Source of the DNA: an uncultured Nitrospiraceae bacterium
Lineage (GTDB): Bacteria > Nitrospirota > Thermodesulfovibrionia > Thermodesulfovibrionales > UBA6898
Direction: 5' to 3'
NCBI GenBank assembly: GCA_963811165.1
Contig: CAWEQH010000004.1
Coordinates: 384,001-448,000, forward strand
DNA: 64,000 nt
A model generated the notes under the pieces. That model was given only the letters and a program-made list of their open reading frames with translations. It searched no databases and was not told the origin of the DNA. Both the position numbers and the translations under genes were made by a program. This document shows positions 38,604 through 48,899 of this stretch, in pieces; within the stretch, counting starts at the first letter, position 1, and each line of letters opens with the position of its first letter.

Positions 38604-38849
38604 TTAGAATCCTAATTCTCCGTCCTCCATCTCCAGGGCTAAAGAAAGAGCTAAAGCATTTGATAACATAAAGCTTCCATAGTCTTTTGCAAGGCGCAAT
38701 AAATGATCCGCAGCTTTTGGGCTCCAATCTCCATGACTTGAGAGCAATACCTTAATTTTTTCAGGATCACGTATTCCTTTGTCAGTTTTTTTCATTATAA
38801 GGGAGCGATATTCATCCGTCAGTGATTTGATATACTCAGGATTTTCCAT
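38604..38849 (-). CDS. Small hypothetical protein (81 aa)
   Basis: AGGAGAGG RBS; MENPEYIKSL...EDGELGF*. Confidence 0.65.
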   Translation of the reverse strand: MENPEYIKSLTDEYRSLIMKKTDKGIRDPEKIKVLLSSHGDWSPKAADHLLRLAKDYGSFMLSNALALSLALEMEDGELGF

Positions 38850-38869
38850 GCGCCTCTCCTTTCTAAAAC

Positions 38870-39652
38870 TTATTTTTGAAAAACATTTTTGCGGTGCCAT
38901 TCCAAATGACTCTGTGACGGCAGAAATCTTCGCGGTCTGATAATTGGTGCACCTTGATAACAGCAAATCATTTCTTTAATTCTTTTTTCGCCAGACCGCA
39001 GTAGCCGAGTCGAGATCATGATCGAAAGATCGTTTGATATAGTAATAAGCCCGTTATCGAACAGTCGGTCAAATGTGGCGCTTAGACACAAGCCATTATG
39101 TGGATCTGTGCGAAATCGCTCGTCTTTGCTCCAAGGAAGAATGTGACTAGCAACAAGACATTCTCGAACACTCAAACCCGTTATACAGCAACTGTTCTCA
39201 TAACTGCTTAGTACTGTTTCTCGAAAGAAAGCTTGATGTATACGAGCCTTTGCCTTTGCTTCTTTTTCTGATGGACCCTTTGGCAAAGCAAAGTCCTCCT
39301 CTAGGTCTGCCATTACTTTCTCCTTTATTGGGAGCCTATCACGTAATCGTCTTTCTTCGAGAACCAATTGGTTCCAGTTGCTATTAAACTCATCCCATAT
39401 TTCTCGGTCTAGCTTGCTTGCATGAGCAAGTCCTGTTATATGCTGTCGTCCTAGTTCGGGATCGAACGAGCCGAAATTTCCTAACTTTCTCGCAACACTC
39501 GCAGGTGACCTGTTCAGTGCCTTGGCCAATGTTATCACCTCAGGATTATTCGCTTTCGTTTTCTTGAAAGGAATCCGACAATACAATCCAAATGCAAGAA
39601 TCAATTCGTCTCGATTCCAAAGTGAGCCATACTTCTCGGGCCGTCCTTTCAT
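38870..39652 (-). CDS. HNH endonuclease (putative restriction enzyme)
   Basis: QAFFRETVL..Y...CCITG, LVASHILPW and NGLCL...FDRLFDNGLI. Confidence 0.9.
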   Translation of the reverse strand: MKGRPEKYGSLWNRDELILAFGLYCRIPFKKTKANNPEVITLAKALNRSPASVARKLGNFGSFDPELGRQHITGLAHASKLDREIWDEFNSNWNQLVLEERRLRDRLPIKEKVMADLEEDFALPKGPSEKEAKAKARIHQAFFRETVLSSYENSCCITGLSVRECLVASHILPWSKDERFRTDPHNGLCLSATFDRLFDNGLITISNDLSIMISTRLLRSGEKRIKEMICCYQGAPIIRPRRFLPSQSHLEWHRKNVFQK

Positions 39653-39656
39653 CTAT

Positions 39657-40781
39657 TCAAACCTCCCCACGTGGACTGAAAGAATCAGGAAAACTCTGAA
39701 GTCTTGCAGCCTCCCTGTGCGTTATGGGGCGGTGTTGCCCTGGATGGAGATATCGGCCTTTTTCAGGCTTAAAAAACTCCGTCCTGATTGTAAAGGCAGG
39801 TCTGTCCCACCATAATCGGCCAAATAGATCGGTGCCGCCTGTTTTTTTTCTTATCCAGCATCCCGGCGTTAAGTCTGGAGCCCGTTTCAACAGATCAAAA
39901 CGGTTCATGCCCTCTTTCGGTATAGCCCTGTAACGCTTTACGCTGAGCGGTGTCGGAGACCTGCCGAAATGAAGGTCCAAAGGCGGCGCTTCATAGCGAA
40001 TATCGGTCCCGACAGGAGGGGGCAAATCTCCAATCAGATCTCTGACTGTCCTCCATCTTTGAGGCGTCGAAAGATAATCTTCTTTGTCGAATAAATTTAT
40101 AGTCGGCTGCCGTCCGTTTCCGTTGGGGTTGAAATGAGTTTTTCTGGGCGGAAATATAAAATTAGGATCTGATATTTTCGACCCTATTATAAAGGCTCGC
40201 CAACGAGTTTGAGGTACGCCATAATCCGCTGCACACAACTTACCATGACATATTTTATTAAATCCGAGTTTAGCAGCCATACCGACTATTTCGCCATGTT
40301 CGAAGCTGCCGAGAATTTGCGGAACATTCTCTATGACAAACACTTTTGCTCCCGACCTTTCGACTACTTCCAAAAAAGGCCTCCACAATTGATTCCGGGG
40401 ATCATCTTCCCTGTTTTTATTAAGTAAGCTGAACCCTTGGCACGGAGGGCCTCCGATGACGACATCTGCGCGCGGTATTTCTACAGAGGGCTCATTCAGC
40501 AGGTCGACAATGTCGCCTTGCACACAATGATCGCCGAAATTTTCATTATATGTATCTATGCAGTATTTATTATTGTCATTGGCCCACACCGACTTGAAAT
40601 GATGGCCGAAACTCTCGGTGAACCCGAGAGTCATTCCACCGGCACCACAGAAAAGATCAATTAATTTGAACCGTTTACTTGGTTTTGTGAGTTTGTTTTT
40701 AGCTCGGGCTTTGTAGGTAGCCTGATCTTCCTTTATGAGATGCTTCTTGATTGAACTATTACTTTTATATCTTATGGCCAT
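39657..40781 (-). CDS. DNA (cytosine-5)-methyltransferase, apparently lacking motif X
   Basis: DLFCGAGG, GGPPCQGFS, ENV, QTRWR and REAARLQSFPD, then an abrupt SPRGEV* with no GNAV motif. Confidence 0.88.
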   Translation of the reverse strand: MAIRYKSNSSIKKHLIKEDQATYKARAKNKLTKPSKRFKLIDLFCGAGGMTLGFTESFGHHFKSVWANDNNKYCIDTYNENFGDHCVQGDIVDLLNEPSVEIPRADVVIGGPPCQGFSLLNKNREDDPRNQLWRPFLEVVERSGAKVFVIENVPQILGSFEHGEIVGMAAKLGFNKICHGKLCAADYGVPQTRWRAFIIGSKISDPNFIFPPRKTHFNPNGNGRQPTINLFDKEDYLSTPQRWRTVRDLIGDLPPPVGTDIRYEAPPLDLHFGRSPTPLSVKRYRAIPKEGMNRFDLLKRAPDLTPGCWIRKKTGGTDLFGRLWWDRPAFTIRTEFFKPEKGRYLHPGQHRPITHREAARLQSFPDSFSPRGEV

Positions 40782-40890
40782 AACTCACTTGCTGTATTAT
40801 AGAATATTTTCAGTAAGACAGGTGAACGGAGATGCGCTTTAAGGACGGGAAGATTACAACGTCCTTGACGGAATTCCGGGGTGCTTGTAA

Positions 40891-41697
40891 TCAGGTGGCC
40901 CTTGGATCAAGATATGCCGCCTTCCTCCGAGAATCTGCATTCTTTGTATGCGCCTTTTTCCACCTGAAGTATCTCTGTACCTCGGCAGCGCACGGATGAG
41001 ATGGAAGTGAACATACACGCTCCCATGTGGTCTGAAGAAATCTGATCCCAGGCGGAACAGGATTTGCGAATGCGTCAGAGAAGAGACTCAGGCCGACAAC
41101 TGCTCTGACCGAAGCGGCCGGGAAAAGACGCTGCGAGTAATTCTTCAGAAACTCCCCTCGTAACTGAATCTGATCCTTGTCTTTCTGTTTCCCTTGTGAT
41201 CTCCCAACGCCGGATCGCCATTTTGCCTCGTCAAGAACAACAGCATTCCGGGTTATAATCCCAAAGTCGATCTCGGGTCCTCCTACGCTTAGAGTGTCAG
41301 GGTGAGGAATTCTTCGCCAGAGAATGACCTCGGCGTGATCGGCAGATGCACTTGGAAGGTTCAGCAGTCGAAAGAGATCGGTAAGCCAGCTTTTCAATAT
41401 ATCTCGCTGAGCCCGAGCGGCAGTGCCAAACACCGACCAGGTGATGGCGTCTTCACTGTGAAGAGACTGAAGGTCACAATAGTATCCAAGGCCTGATTCG
41501 CAGATTGCTCGCTGGTTATCGTCAAAGGCATGAACCTGTCGACTCTGATAAAGTTTTTGAACCACCTCAGGCGCGGGCCATGGATCACAACCCGTCCGAA
41601 TTAGGTTGTCGAACGGGTGCGCCGCTACACAAACGCCGCCTTTGCTATGCGCAAATGTCATTTTTTTGCCGTTCCAATCCTTCATTATTTGAATCAT
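40891..41697 (-). CDS. Hypothetical protein with a PD-(D/E)xK nuclease-like motif
   Basis: SEDAITWSVF and PEID...DEAKW...DQ. Confidence 0.6.
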   Translation of the reverse strand: MIQIMKDWNGKKMTFAHSKGGVCVAAHPFDNLIRTGCDPWPAPEVVQKLYQSRQVHAFDDNQRAICESGLGYYCDLQSLHSEDAITWSVFGTAARAQRDILKSWLTDLFRLLNLPSASADHAEVILWRRIPHPDTLSVGGPEIDFGIITRNAVVLDEAKWRSGVGRSQGKQKDKDQIQLRGEFLKNYSQRLFPAASVRAVVGLSLFSDAFANPVPPGIRFLQTTWERVCSLPSHPCAAEVQRYFRWKKAHTKNADSRRKAAYLDPRAT

Positions 41698-41994
41698 TAT
41701 CTTAAACGATTATAGCAAACTCCGGTGTGAGGATTTCAGTTGGTAATCAAAGTCCTTCAGAGAACGACATAAGTGCGGAGTATCAGGTGCACTTTTTATT
41801 GTCCAAGGTCTTCGGGGTTTATCCACGAGGAGATGTTATTACGATATCGAATCACAAGTCGGGCAATGACGAAAGCGGATATTACTTTTGCATCTTTCAA
41901 TACTACCTGGATTCCGATTGCCAACTGCCGGAATGACGGAGGAAAAGGGGGAGGGGAGAGCGTGGGGAAAGCCTGGCGCAGGCTTGAATTGGTG

Positions 41995-44622
41995 TCAAGG
42001 TCTCCTCACATAGAGTTTTCTCAGTTCTTCCGCCAGCAGCAATACTATGCTAAACGGTATCAGGATCAGCCACACACTTAAGTTTACAGGCGCCGTTCCG
42101 AAAATCCTGTTTCCGATCGGACTATAAATGATAACGGCCGACAGCAATAGCTCAAAGACCACTCCGACAACGAGTAATTTGTTCGACAGGAAGCCGAGAC
42201 TGAAGATAGAGTCTTTAAAAGAGCGACAGGCGAATACCGTGCCGACCTGTAGTATCACGATCCCCAGGAATGTTGCTGTCGTTGCCCGGCGGGAAAGCAG
42301 ATCATCGATGGGCAAATCCGTTCCCCATTTCCAGCCGCCATTATAAAGGACATAGAAATACCCGAACAAGACACCGATTGTGCTTATGAGACCGATAAAA
42401 ATATATCCCCTGAAGAGTACCGAACGGTCTATAAGTCCTTTTTCGAGCGGCCTTGGGGGTCTCTTCATAATTCCTGCTTCAGGTGTTTCCATACCCAGGG
42501 CAAGGGCGGGGACGGTCTCGGTGCCGAGGTCTATGGCGAGGATCTGCATCACTGTGAGCGGCAGCGGTATCTTGATAAGCGCAAACAGGATATACGGGAT
42601 CGCCTCCGGCGTCCCATGCGCAAAGATGTAGGTGATGAATTTTCTGATGTTCTCAAATATCGCCCTGCCTTCCTCCACCGCATTTACAATTGTGGCGAAA
42701 TTATCATCGAGCAGGACCACATCTGCCGCTTCCTTTGCAACATCCGTCCCGCTCTTCCCCATGGCAATTCCGATGTCCGCCTTTTTAAGTGCGGGTGCGT
42801 CATTCACCCCATCACCCGTTACCGCAACCCTTTCCCCCTCGTCTTTAAGTATTGACACCACCCTCATCTTATGTCTGGGTGTCATCCTTGCAAAGATTAT
42901 CTCCTTAGATGCGATAGCTTCTCTCAGCGCACTGTCTTTTATTCCATCCATTGAATATCCTTCAATAACGACGGGATCGCCTTCGACAAGTCCTATCTGT
43001 CTTGCAACGGCTGTAGCCGTCTTGCTCGCATCCCCGGTAATCATAATTATCCTGATGCCTGACTCATGACATTTTCTTATGGCCTCCGGTACATCGGGAC
43101 GCGGAGGATCTTCAAGCCCTATTAGCCCGACTAATGTAAGATCGGACTCGACCGATGACTCCAGGGCGGGCCTGTCAATAACAACTTTCTCTTTGTCGGA
43201 AAGAGCAAATGCCATCACTCTCAGTCCCTCATCCATCATCGAATGATATGCCCGCGTCAATAATTCCTTATATTCTTCATTCAATGCCTTAACACCGTTA
43301 TCTAGTATTGTGTTACACAGCGGTAAAACAGTTTCCAGGGCGCCCTTTGTCAATACCACAGTCTTGCCGTCGAGCACATTTAGTGTGGTCATTCTCTTTC
43401 TTTCAGAATCGAAAGGTATCTCAAATATTCTTTCTGATTGGATATCACCGGATGTCTCCCTGACCTTCCTCAAAATCGCAACTTCCGTAGGGTCTCCTCT
43501 GTATTTCCCATCCTCATAAACGGCATTGTTACAAAGATAAGCAATCTTCATCAGATTGCCGGAAGTAGACTGCCGGCCATCAAATGTCCACACCTTCTCG
43601 ACCTCCATGCTGTTCTGCGTAAGCGTCCCTGTTTTGTCGGTGCAGATCACCGTAACAGAACCGAGTGTCTCCACAGAGGTGAGATTTTTGATGAGCGCTT
43701 TTTTCTTGGCCATCCTTTGGCTTCCCATCGCAAGGGAGAGGGTCACGGTAGGGAGGAGTCCTTCGGGCACATTGGCAATGGTAATACCGATGGCAAAAAG
43801 CAGGTTATGCCAGAAGCTTCTGCCGATTAGAGTTCCGATTGCCAGAAAGAATATGCCCGTGGTGATTGCGATCAGTGCGATTATCCTCGTCACCTTTATT
43901 ATCTCTTTTTGGAGAGGGCTCAGCCCCGGCTCAACGGCGCTCGTCAAGTGTGCGATCCTGCCGAACTCGGTGGACATGCCGGTTGCAAAGGCCACGGCCT
44001 TGCCGGAACCGCTCAGAACAAGTGTGCCGGCAAAGATTATGTTGGCACTTTCGAGATATTCCCCGTCGAACGGCGCAGCACTTCTCGGTTTCGACTCAGA
44101 CTCGCCGGTCAATGGGGCATTATTTACCATAAGGCGGTTTTCATCTATAAGCCTCGAGTCAGCAGGGACCTTGTCCCCCTCGACCAGAAGGATCACATCG
44201 CCGGGGACAACGTCCCTTGCCGGGATTTCCCTCGTTGCCCCGTCTCGCACAACTTTAACATTGAAGGGGAGGAGTTTTTTGAGCGCTTCCACCGCCTTTT
44301 CCGCGCGGAATTCCTGTACAAACGTGAAGATGGCGTTGATGACGATGACCCCAATGATTGCTATCCCGAGCGAAAGCATGCCTTCTCCGGGACGAAGATA
44401 TTCGGATATGAAAGAAAGGAAAGCTGAAACCCACAAAAGGATGGCAAGGAAATGTGTAAACTGGGAGACTAATCTTAGAAAGAGAGACTTCTTCCTTACC
44501 TCTTTAATCTCATTCGGACCATATTCATGGAGACGCCTTTGGGCATCCGCTTCTGAAAGACCTCTCTCAGAAGTTACGAGGCTCCGGAGGACTTCCTCTC
44601 GTGAGAGATTGTGAATCTTCAT
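41995..44622 (-). CDS. Cation-transporting P-type ATPase (type II)
   Basis: LTGES, PEGL, DKTGTLT, KGA, DPPR, MITGD and TGDGVND motifs. Confidence 0.97.
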   Translation of the reverse strand: MKIHNLSREEVLRSLVTSERGLSEADAQRRLHEYGPNEIKEVRKKSLFLRLVSQFTHFLAILLWVSAFLSFISEYLRPGEGMLSLGIAIIGVIVINAIFTFVQEFRAEKAVEALKKLLPFNVKVVRDGATREIPARDVVPGDVILLVEGDKVPADSRLIDENRLMVNNAPLTGESESKPRSAAPFDGEYLESANIIFAGTLVLSGSGKAVAFATGMSTEFGRIAHLTSAVEPGLSPLQKEIIKVTRIIALIAITTGIFFLAIGTLIGRSFWHNLLFAIGITIANVPEGLLPTVTLSLAMGSQRMAKKKALIKNLTSVETLGSVTVICTDKTGTLTQNSMEVEKVWTFDGRQSTSGNLMKIAYLCNNAVYEDGKYRGDPTEVAILRKVRETSGDIQSERIFEIPFDSERKRMTTLNVLDGKTVVLTKGALETVLPLCNTILDNGVKALNEEYKELLTRAYHSMMDEGLRVMAFALSDKEKVVIDRPALESSVESDLTLVGLIGLEDPPRPDVPEAIRKCHESGIRIIMITGDASKTATAVARQIGLVEGDPVVIEGYSMDGIKDSALREAIASKEIIFARMTPRHKMRVVSILKDEGERVAVTGDGVNDAPALKKADIGIAMGKSGTDVAKEAADVVLLDDNFATIVNAVEEGRAIFENIRKFITYIFAHGTPEAIPYILFALIKIPLPLTVMQILAIDLGTETVPALALGMETPEAGIMKRPPRPLEKGLIDRSVLFRGYIFIGLISTIGVLFGYFYVLYNGGWKWGTDLPIDDLLSRRATTATFLGIVILQVGTVFACRSFKDSIFSLGFLSNKLLVVGVVFELLLSAVIIYSPIGNRIFGTAPVNLSVWLILIPFSIVLLLAEELRKLYVRRP

Positions 44623-45461
44623 CAGGGTTCATGCTTGGGCCTCAGGATTATGAGATTGCATGGTGTCTCCCTGAGGACTTCCTCTACAGGATTGCCACTC
44701 ATGATGCTTTTAAAAAGGCTCCTTTCACTCGCCCCAAGCACGATGAGGTCATTACGCCTGTGGGCGGCTTCTATGGTTATCGCCCTTGAAACAGCACCGT
44801 AGCCCGTCCTCTTTTCGTGTCCGATATCGTACCTCTTTAAGCACCCTGTAAAATTCTCGATGTCCTTTGGTATGCGTTCTTCTCTTTCCGCAGGCTTCAG
44901 GTGTATCTCTCCGCCGAGAAAACTCGCAATAGGGCTATGCAGATGGAAAAGTGTGACCTGTGCGCTAAATGCATGCGCAAGCTTCGCCACAAAGCAGGCC
45001 CTTTCTTCAAGGCGGGTCATATGTTCTCTCAACGGGACGAGGATATTCTTAGGATGCGGTTTCCCCATGCGGACCACCCTCGCCATCGCAACAGAGCACG
45101 GCAGTTTTATCATAAGCTCTCTTGCAAGGGTTCTTACAAAAAACCGTTTTGATACCTCTTCCCTCCTCGTTGCAGTGAATGCAATATCTATATTTTCTTT
45201 CTTCACCATGTCGTGTATTTTCTTAAGCGGGTCGCCTTTTTCGGTGATGCTCTTCACTTCTATCCCGCGCCCCTCGGCCTCTACAAAAAGTCTCTCAAGG
45301 GCAGACTCGGCCTGTTTGAACGTGTCCTTATTACTTCCCTCCCGGGCGACAAAGACAAGGAGAAGTTTTGCCTGACATGCTTGTGAAAGGGCTACGGCGT
45401 AATGAGCTGCCACCTCTGAATTTGTAAACTCATTCACGGCAGCAAGTACTTTCTTATACAT
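44622..45461 (-). CDS. Universal stress protein (tandem USP)
   Basis: YKKVLAAV..., and DLIVLGA...GNPVEEVLRETPCNLII. Confidence 0.9.
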   Translation of the reverse strand: MYKKVLAAVNEFTNSEVAAHYAVALSQACQAKLLLVFVAREGSNKDTFKQAESALERLFVEAEGRGIEVKSITEKGDPLKKIHDMVKKENIDIAFTATRREEVSKRFFVRTLARELMIKLPCSVAMARVVRMGKPHPKNILVPLREHMTRLEERACFVAKLAHAFSAQVTLFHLHSPIASFLGGEIHLKPAEREERIPKDIENFTGCLKRYDIGHEKRTGYGAVSRAITIEAAHRRNDLIVLGASERSLFKSIMSGNPVEEVLRETPCNLIILRPKHEP

Positions 45462-45566
45462 AAGCAAATTATAGTCGTCACCCTGCCAAATCACAACAAA
45501 CTGCGGGTGTTTACCACGGTTATTTAAATTATCTCTTGAAGCCACTATTCAAGATCAAAGCGATAG

Positions 45567-45734
45567 CTATGATTTCTTGCTTGTCTTCGCAAAGAATCCA
45601 GTGATTAGCTTTTTGACCTGATCACTCTGACAGTGGGGACATGTAACCGTCGGCTTCGCCTCAAGTTCCTTGAATGAAAAAAATACTGCAAACTTTTTCC
45701 GGCAATTGTTGCAAAGATAATCATACTCCGGCAT
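45567..45734 (-). CDS. FmdB-family zinc-ribbon protein (55 aa)
   Basis: GAGGAGG RBS; MPEYDYLCNNCRKKF...CPHCQS...TSKKS*. Not in the ORF track. Confidence 0.85.
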   Translation of the reverse strand: MPEYDYLCNNCRKKFAVFFSFKELEAKPTVTCPHCQSDQVKKLITGFFAKTSKKS

Positions 45735-45873
45735 GTGGGACCTCCTCTGCCATCATCTCCACTACATAGTTTACTTCTCCCATTATAAATTCCAGGTCAT
45801 CACCACATCGTAAATGCCCGACATAGCCGCCTACATCTGCTTTAATGACACTGATTGTAATTTTGTCCGACAT
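45721..45873 (-). pseudogene. Remnant of fructose-1,6-bisphosphate aldolase/phosphatase (class V FBPase)
   Basis: KITISVIKADVGGYVGH is joined directly to CGDDLEFIM; both are recognisable motifs. Only 50 codons remain. Confidence 0.75.
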
Positions 45874-46029
45874 ATTTCCCCCCTTTCTATTCAAAGCATA
45901 GCGCGGCATTAACCTGGGGGCAACTGTCCATGCTTAGAAGAGAGTCAAGATGAATAGCGGCATGCGGTTGACAGCTGTCCATTTTGGAGGTATTAAGGAA
46001 CTAAGATTTGTGAAAAGGGGGAAGAAATC

Positions 46030-46314
46030 ATGCCGCATTACATAATCCTTAGCAAGTTAACGGACGATGGCAGAAAGACTCTCAAGCAAAAACCGGAAAG
46101 GATATCGGAGGTTAATAAGGAGCTGGAAGCAATGAATGTGAAGATCAAAGAGCAATTCGTGGTTTTGGGGCCGTATGATTTCGTCAACATCGTCGAGGCG
46201 CCGGACAATGAAACCATCATGAAGGCCTCTGTAGAAATAGGGGCCCGAGGGTCTGTTAAGCTCCTCACACTGCCGGCTATAACCATAGATCAATTTGTGA
46301 AAAAAGTGAAATAG
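46030..46314 (+). CDS. GYD-domain protein
   Basis: LGPYDFVNIVEAPD motif. Confidence 0.9.
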   Translation: MPHYIILSKLTDDGRKTLKQKPERISEVNKELEAMNVKIKEQFVVLGPYDFVNIVEAPDNETIMKASVEIGARGSVKLLTLPAITIDQFVKKVK

Positions 46315-46502
46315 GCTGCGAAAAGATCCCGACCGAGAGATGTCTGAAGACGGACCGAGAGGAGGAGCCTAAGAATGCGGGAACCGGGGAATGTGCCTCT
46401 GCCCGCATGGAATGTGCGCTCACAGATGAGAGAGGCATTCTGAGAAATAGGATCAGGATAGACAGTTTTCCGGATCGTGTGAAAGCCTGTCTGTATTACC
46501 TT

Positions 46503-47396
46503 TCATTTGCATGTTTTCCCGATCAAAAGAGAACATTTGGAATGCGCGAGAATGTTCCGTGACACACTCCCAAGCATTCCCTTGACTCCCTTTAGGCCTC
46601 TGCATCCTACCACGATGATATCCGTTTTTGATTCTTCTGCGAGTGAGAGAATCTCTGACGAGGGATCTCCTACCCGTGTCAGTCCATTTACATTCGGGAA
46701 CCTCTCCTTCAAATACTTCACGGCAGGTTCAAGGACCTTCTCCGATGTTTCATATTCGATCGATCTTGCCCTGGCGACCTCTTCCTTGATTTGTTCTCCT
46801 ATTTCGAGGGAAAGCCTCTCCGGTATATCAGACACCGCCGACCATACAACATTAAGGACGGTTATTTCCGAATCTCTGTGAAACGGCATCGAGGCCAAAA
46901 ACTTTCCAGCTACGTTGGCATGGTCGGAACCATCAGTCGCAAAAAGGATTTTCAATTTAGCCGAAGCCGCAAATTGAGGCGGTTTTATCACGAGGACCGG
47001 TTTGGGGGAGCTGATAGCGACTGACCTGGTCACACTCCCGATGATAAGCTGTTTAATCCCCTTTAACCCTCGCGCTCCCATAACAATCAGGTCAACACCT
47101 GATGTCTCAGCAACTTCGATGATAGATGTATCGGGAGATCCTTCCATAGATTCCATACTGACTTTCGCGGGCAGGGGTTTTAGTATATTCACCGTTGAGT
47201 CGAGGATCTTCGGGGCGATGTCCTGTTTTATCTGCTTGAGACGGGCGTAATGTGATTCCGCGTCCTCTTCGAAGGGCACCCAGCTGATCACATGGAGGAC
47301 GGTGACTTCGTCGTCCCAGGTGAGTGCAAGTTGCGCCATAAACCGTGCTGCACCCTCAGAGTAGTCGGATCCATCTGTCGGTAGTAACAATTTCAT
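46503..47396 (-). CDS. Universal stress protein (tandem USP)
   Basis: TDGS, DLIVMGARG..IGSV, and a second ATDGS...LGSVS. Confidence 0.93.
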   Translation of the reverse strand: MKLLLPTDGSDYSEGAARFMAQLALTWDDEVTVLHVISWVPFEEDAESHYARLKQIKQDIAPKILDSTVNILKPLPAKVSMESMEGSPDTSIIEVAETSGVDLIVMGARGLKGIKQLIIGSVTRSVAISSPKPVLVIKPPQFAASAKLKILFATDGSDHANVAGKFLASMPFHRDSEITVLNVVWSAVSDIPERLSLEIGEQIKEEVARARSIEYETSEKVLEPAVKYLKERFPNVNGLTRVGDPSSEILSLAEESKTDIIVVGCRGLKGVKGMLGSVSRNILAHSKCSLLIGKTCK

Positions 47397-47470
47397 TGCC
47401 GTATCCTCCTTCCCTAACCTAAACACATTGTATCGCCAAATCGAATGATGGTAAAGTTCTTCTGACTGCC

Positions 47471-48795
47471 TGTTGTCAACAAATAGAGTTGTCCGGTTTT
47501 AGAGCAGATAAACTGTCCGGTCCGTAGCTAGTTGATATCAGGCTGCTTTTTTGTTTAGTTTTGAGACCTCCTTCCCCTTGGAATTAAAGGCTATCAATTT
47601 TCTGTGCCCATGGAATATTGCTAGGTTGCCGTTTGGATAGCGATGGACACGGACCTTTACTTTGACATAGTGAAAGCGATATTTATCGGCTGGAATCTGA
47701 AGGGTCAGGGCATCGAATTTGACACAGTTGTTGTTGCCGACCGTCCGCTCATATTGTTCGCAGAGGATGTCTTGAAGAGGTGTTCCGGCCCAAGGGACAA
47801 ACATACTGGCAGGCTCCTCAGCGGATACGGCAAATTCATCGTTAAAGGCGGGAAGATACACATCACGGATATAGGCATTGGCCTGTTTCATCTCAGTGAT
47901 GCCGGCCATGGCAAGTTCCTTTACAAGGCGCTCCTGATGAGTGCGGAAGGCGCGTTCAGAGCGTCCTCGGGCCTCAGGGGAATAGGCCGGGATCATCTCT
48001 ATCCCTAACTGCCTCATGGCACGGCCAAATTGTGTCAGATTCTCCTTATCCACCTTCCCCCCAGCCTCTGGGGTATTCCAGTAGTGGCTGCCGCGATCCG
48101 TGTACAGTGAGGCAAATACTCCATGCTCGACGATCACCTCACTAACTCCCTGAAAACTGCTCTGAGTTCCTTCTTCATCGATAAAAAACATCGAGTAATG
48201 TCCATTGCTGGCATCATCCATTGTTACAATCAGATCCCATAACTTCCCAGGCACCCACTCATGTGTGGAGCCGTCCTGATGCAGCATCATGCCAATATAC
48301 GGAGCTCTTGGACGCTGTCTCCGGTGGGTTCCCTTTCTCGAATCCTTATGCACAAGTCCCTTGCCCTGAAGAGTATTCTTTACCCAGGTGTAGCTCCTCA
48401 TGCCCTCATGAGCCCGCCTGTACCAACTGTAAAAGTGCTTAACCGTCAATCCCTGGTACCTGCGGCTGTATAAATCTGCCAGGGCCATTACCTCATCAAC
48501 AGGCGCACTGCGGTGCGATATCTGTCCTAAACGCCTATCAATAAGTCCCTCCATCCCCTGCTCCTCATATCGAACCAGATATCGACGGTACGTCCGGTCG
48601 CATACTCCAAGCAGCCTCGCCGCTTCCTCCTGCGTCAATCTCCCCCTTTGACATCCCTCATATGCTTCCTCAAATCTCATCTTCCGTACCTCCTGTAGTA
48701 GTGCTGTCCTCTTCATCAATGGCACCTCCGTGCCATCCAATCTTAACCGGACAGTTTATGTGCTACAGATACGGACAGTTTATTGGCTCGCTACA
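47471..48795 (-). mobile_element. IS1202-family-like (formerly ISNCY) insertion sequence
   Basis: TGT...ACA ends, repeated CGGACAGTTTAT-type sub-terminal boxes and a 16-bp TSD AGTTCTTCTGACTGCC (47455-47470, 48796-48811). Confidence 0.9.
47538..48740 (-). CDS. DDE transposase (IS1202/ISNCY type)
   Basis: HQDGSTHEW, DDAS, YTDRGS and SPEARGRSER motifs. Confidence 0.93.
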   Translation of the reverse strand: MDGTEVPLMKRTALLQEVRKMRFEEAYEGCQRGRLTQEEAARLLGVCDRTYRRYLVRYEEQGMEGLIDRRLGQISHRSAPVDEVMALADLYSRRYQGLTVKHFYSWYRRAHEGMRSYTWVKNTLQGKGLVHKDSRKGTHRRQRPRAPYIGMMLHQDGSTHEWVPGKLWDLIVTMDDASNGHYSMFFIDEEGTQSSFQGVSEVIVEHGVFASLYTDRGSHYWNTPEAGGKVDKENLTQFGRAMRQLGIEMIPAYSPEARGRSERAFRTHQERLVKELAMAGITEMKQANAYIRDVYLPAFNDEFAVSAEEPASMFVPWAGTPLQDILCEQYERTVGNNNCVKFDALTLQIPADKYRFHYVKVKVRVHRYPNGNLAIFHGHRKLIAFNSKGKEVSKLNKKAA

Positions 48796-48811
48796 AGTTC
48801 TTCTGACTGCC

Positions 48812-48839
48812 TTGACAGCGTCCTAAATGCTGGTAAACT
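48812..48839 (+). promoter_or_regulatory. sigma70-type promoter for the DUF2934 gene
   Basis: TTGACA-N16-TAAACT with an extended TG. Confidence 0.55.
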
Positions 48840-48899
48840 TAAAATAGGGGTAGAATTTAGCATTCCAAACCGTGACCGAAGGCCGTCAGGGAGGTCGAA

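Noticed and set aside
43556..44614. 352-aa plus-strand ORF
   Set aside because: Antisense shadow of the P-type ATPase with no motifs. The same applies to other long antisense ORFs such as 14554..15420, 34953..35555 and 60413..61015.
46340..46445. Possible remnant of a small Gly/Cys-rich gene (DGPRGG..MCLCP)
   Set aside because: Too short and interrupted to call.
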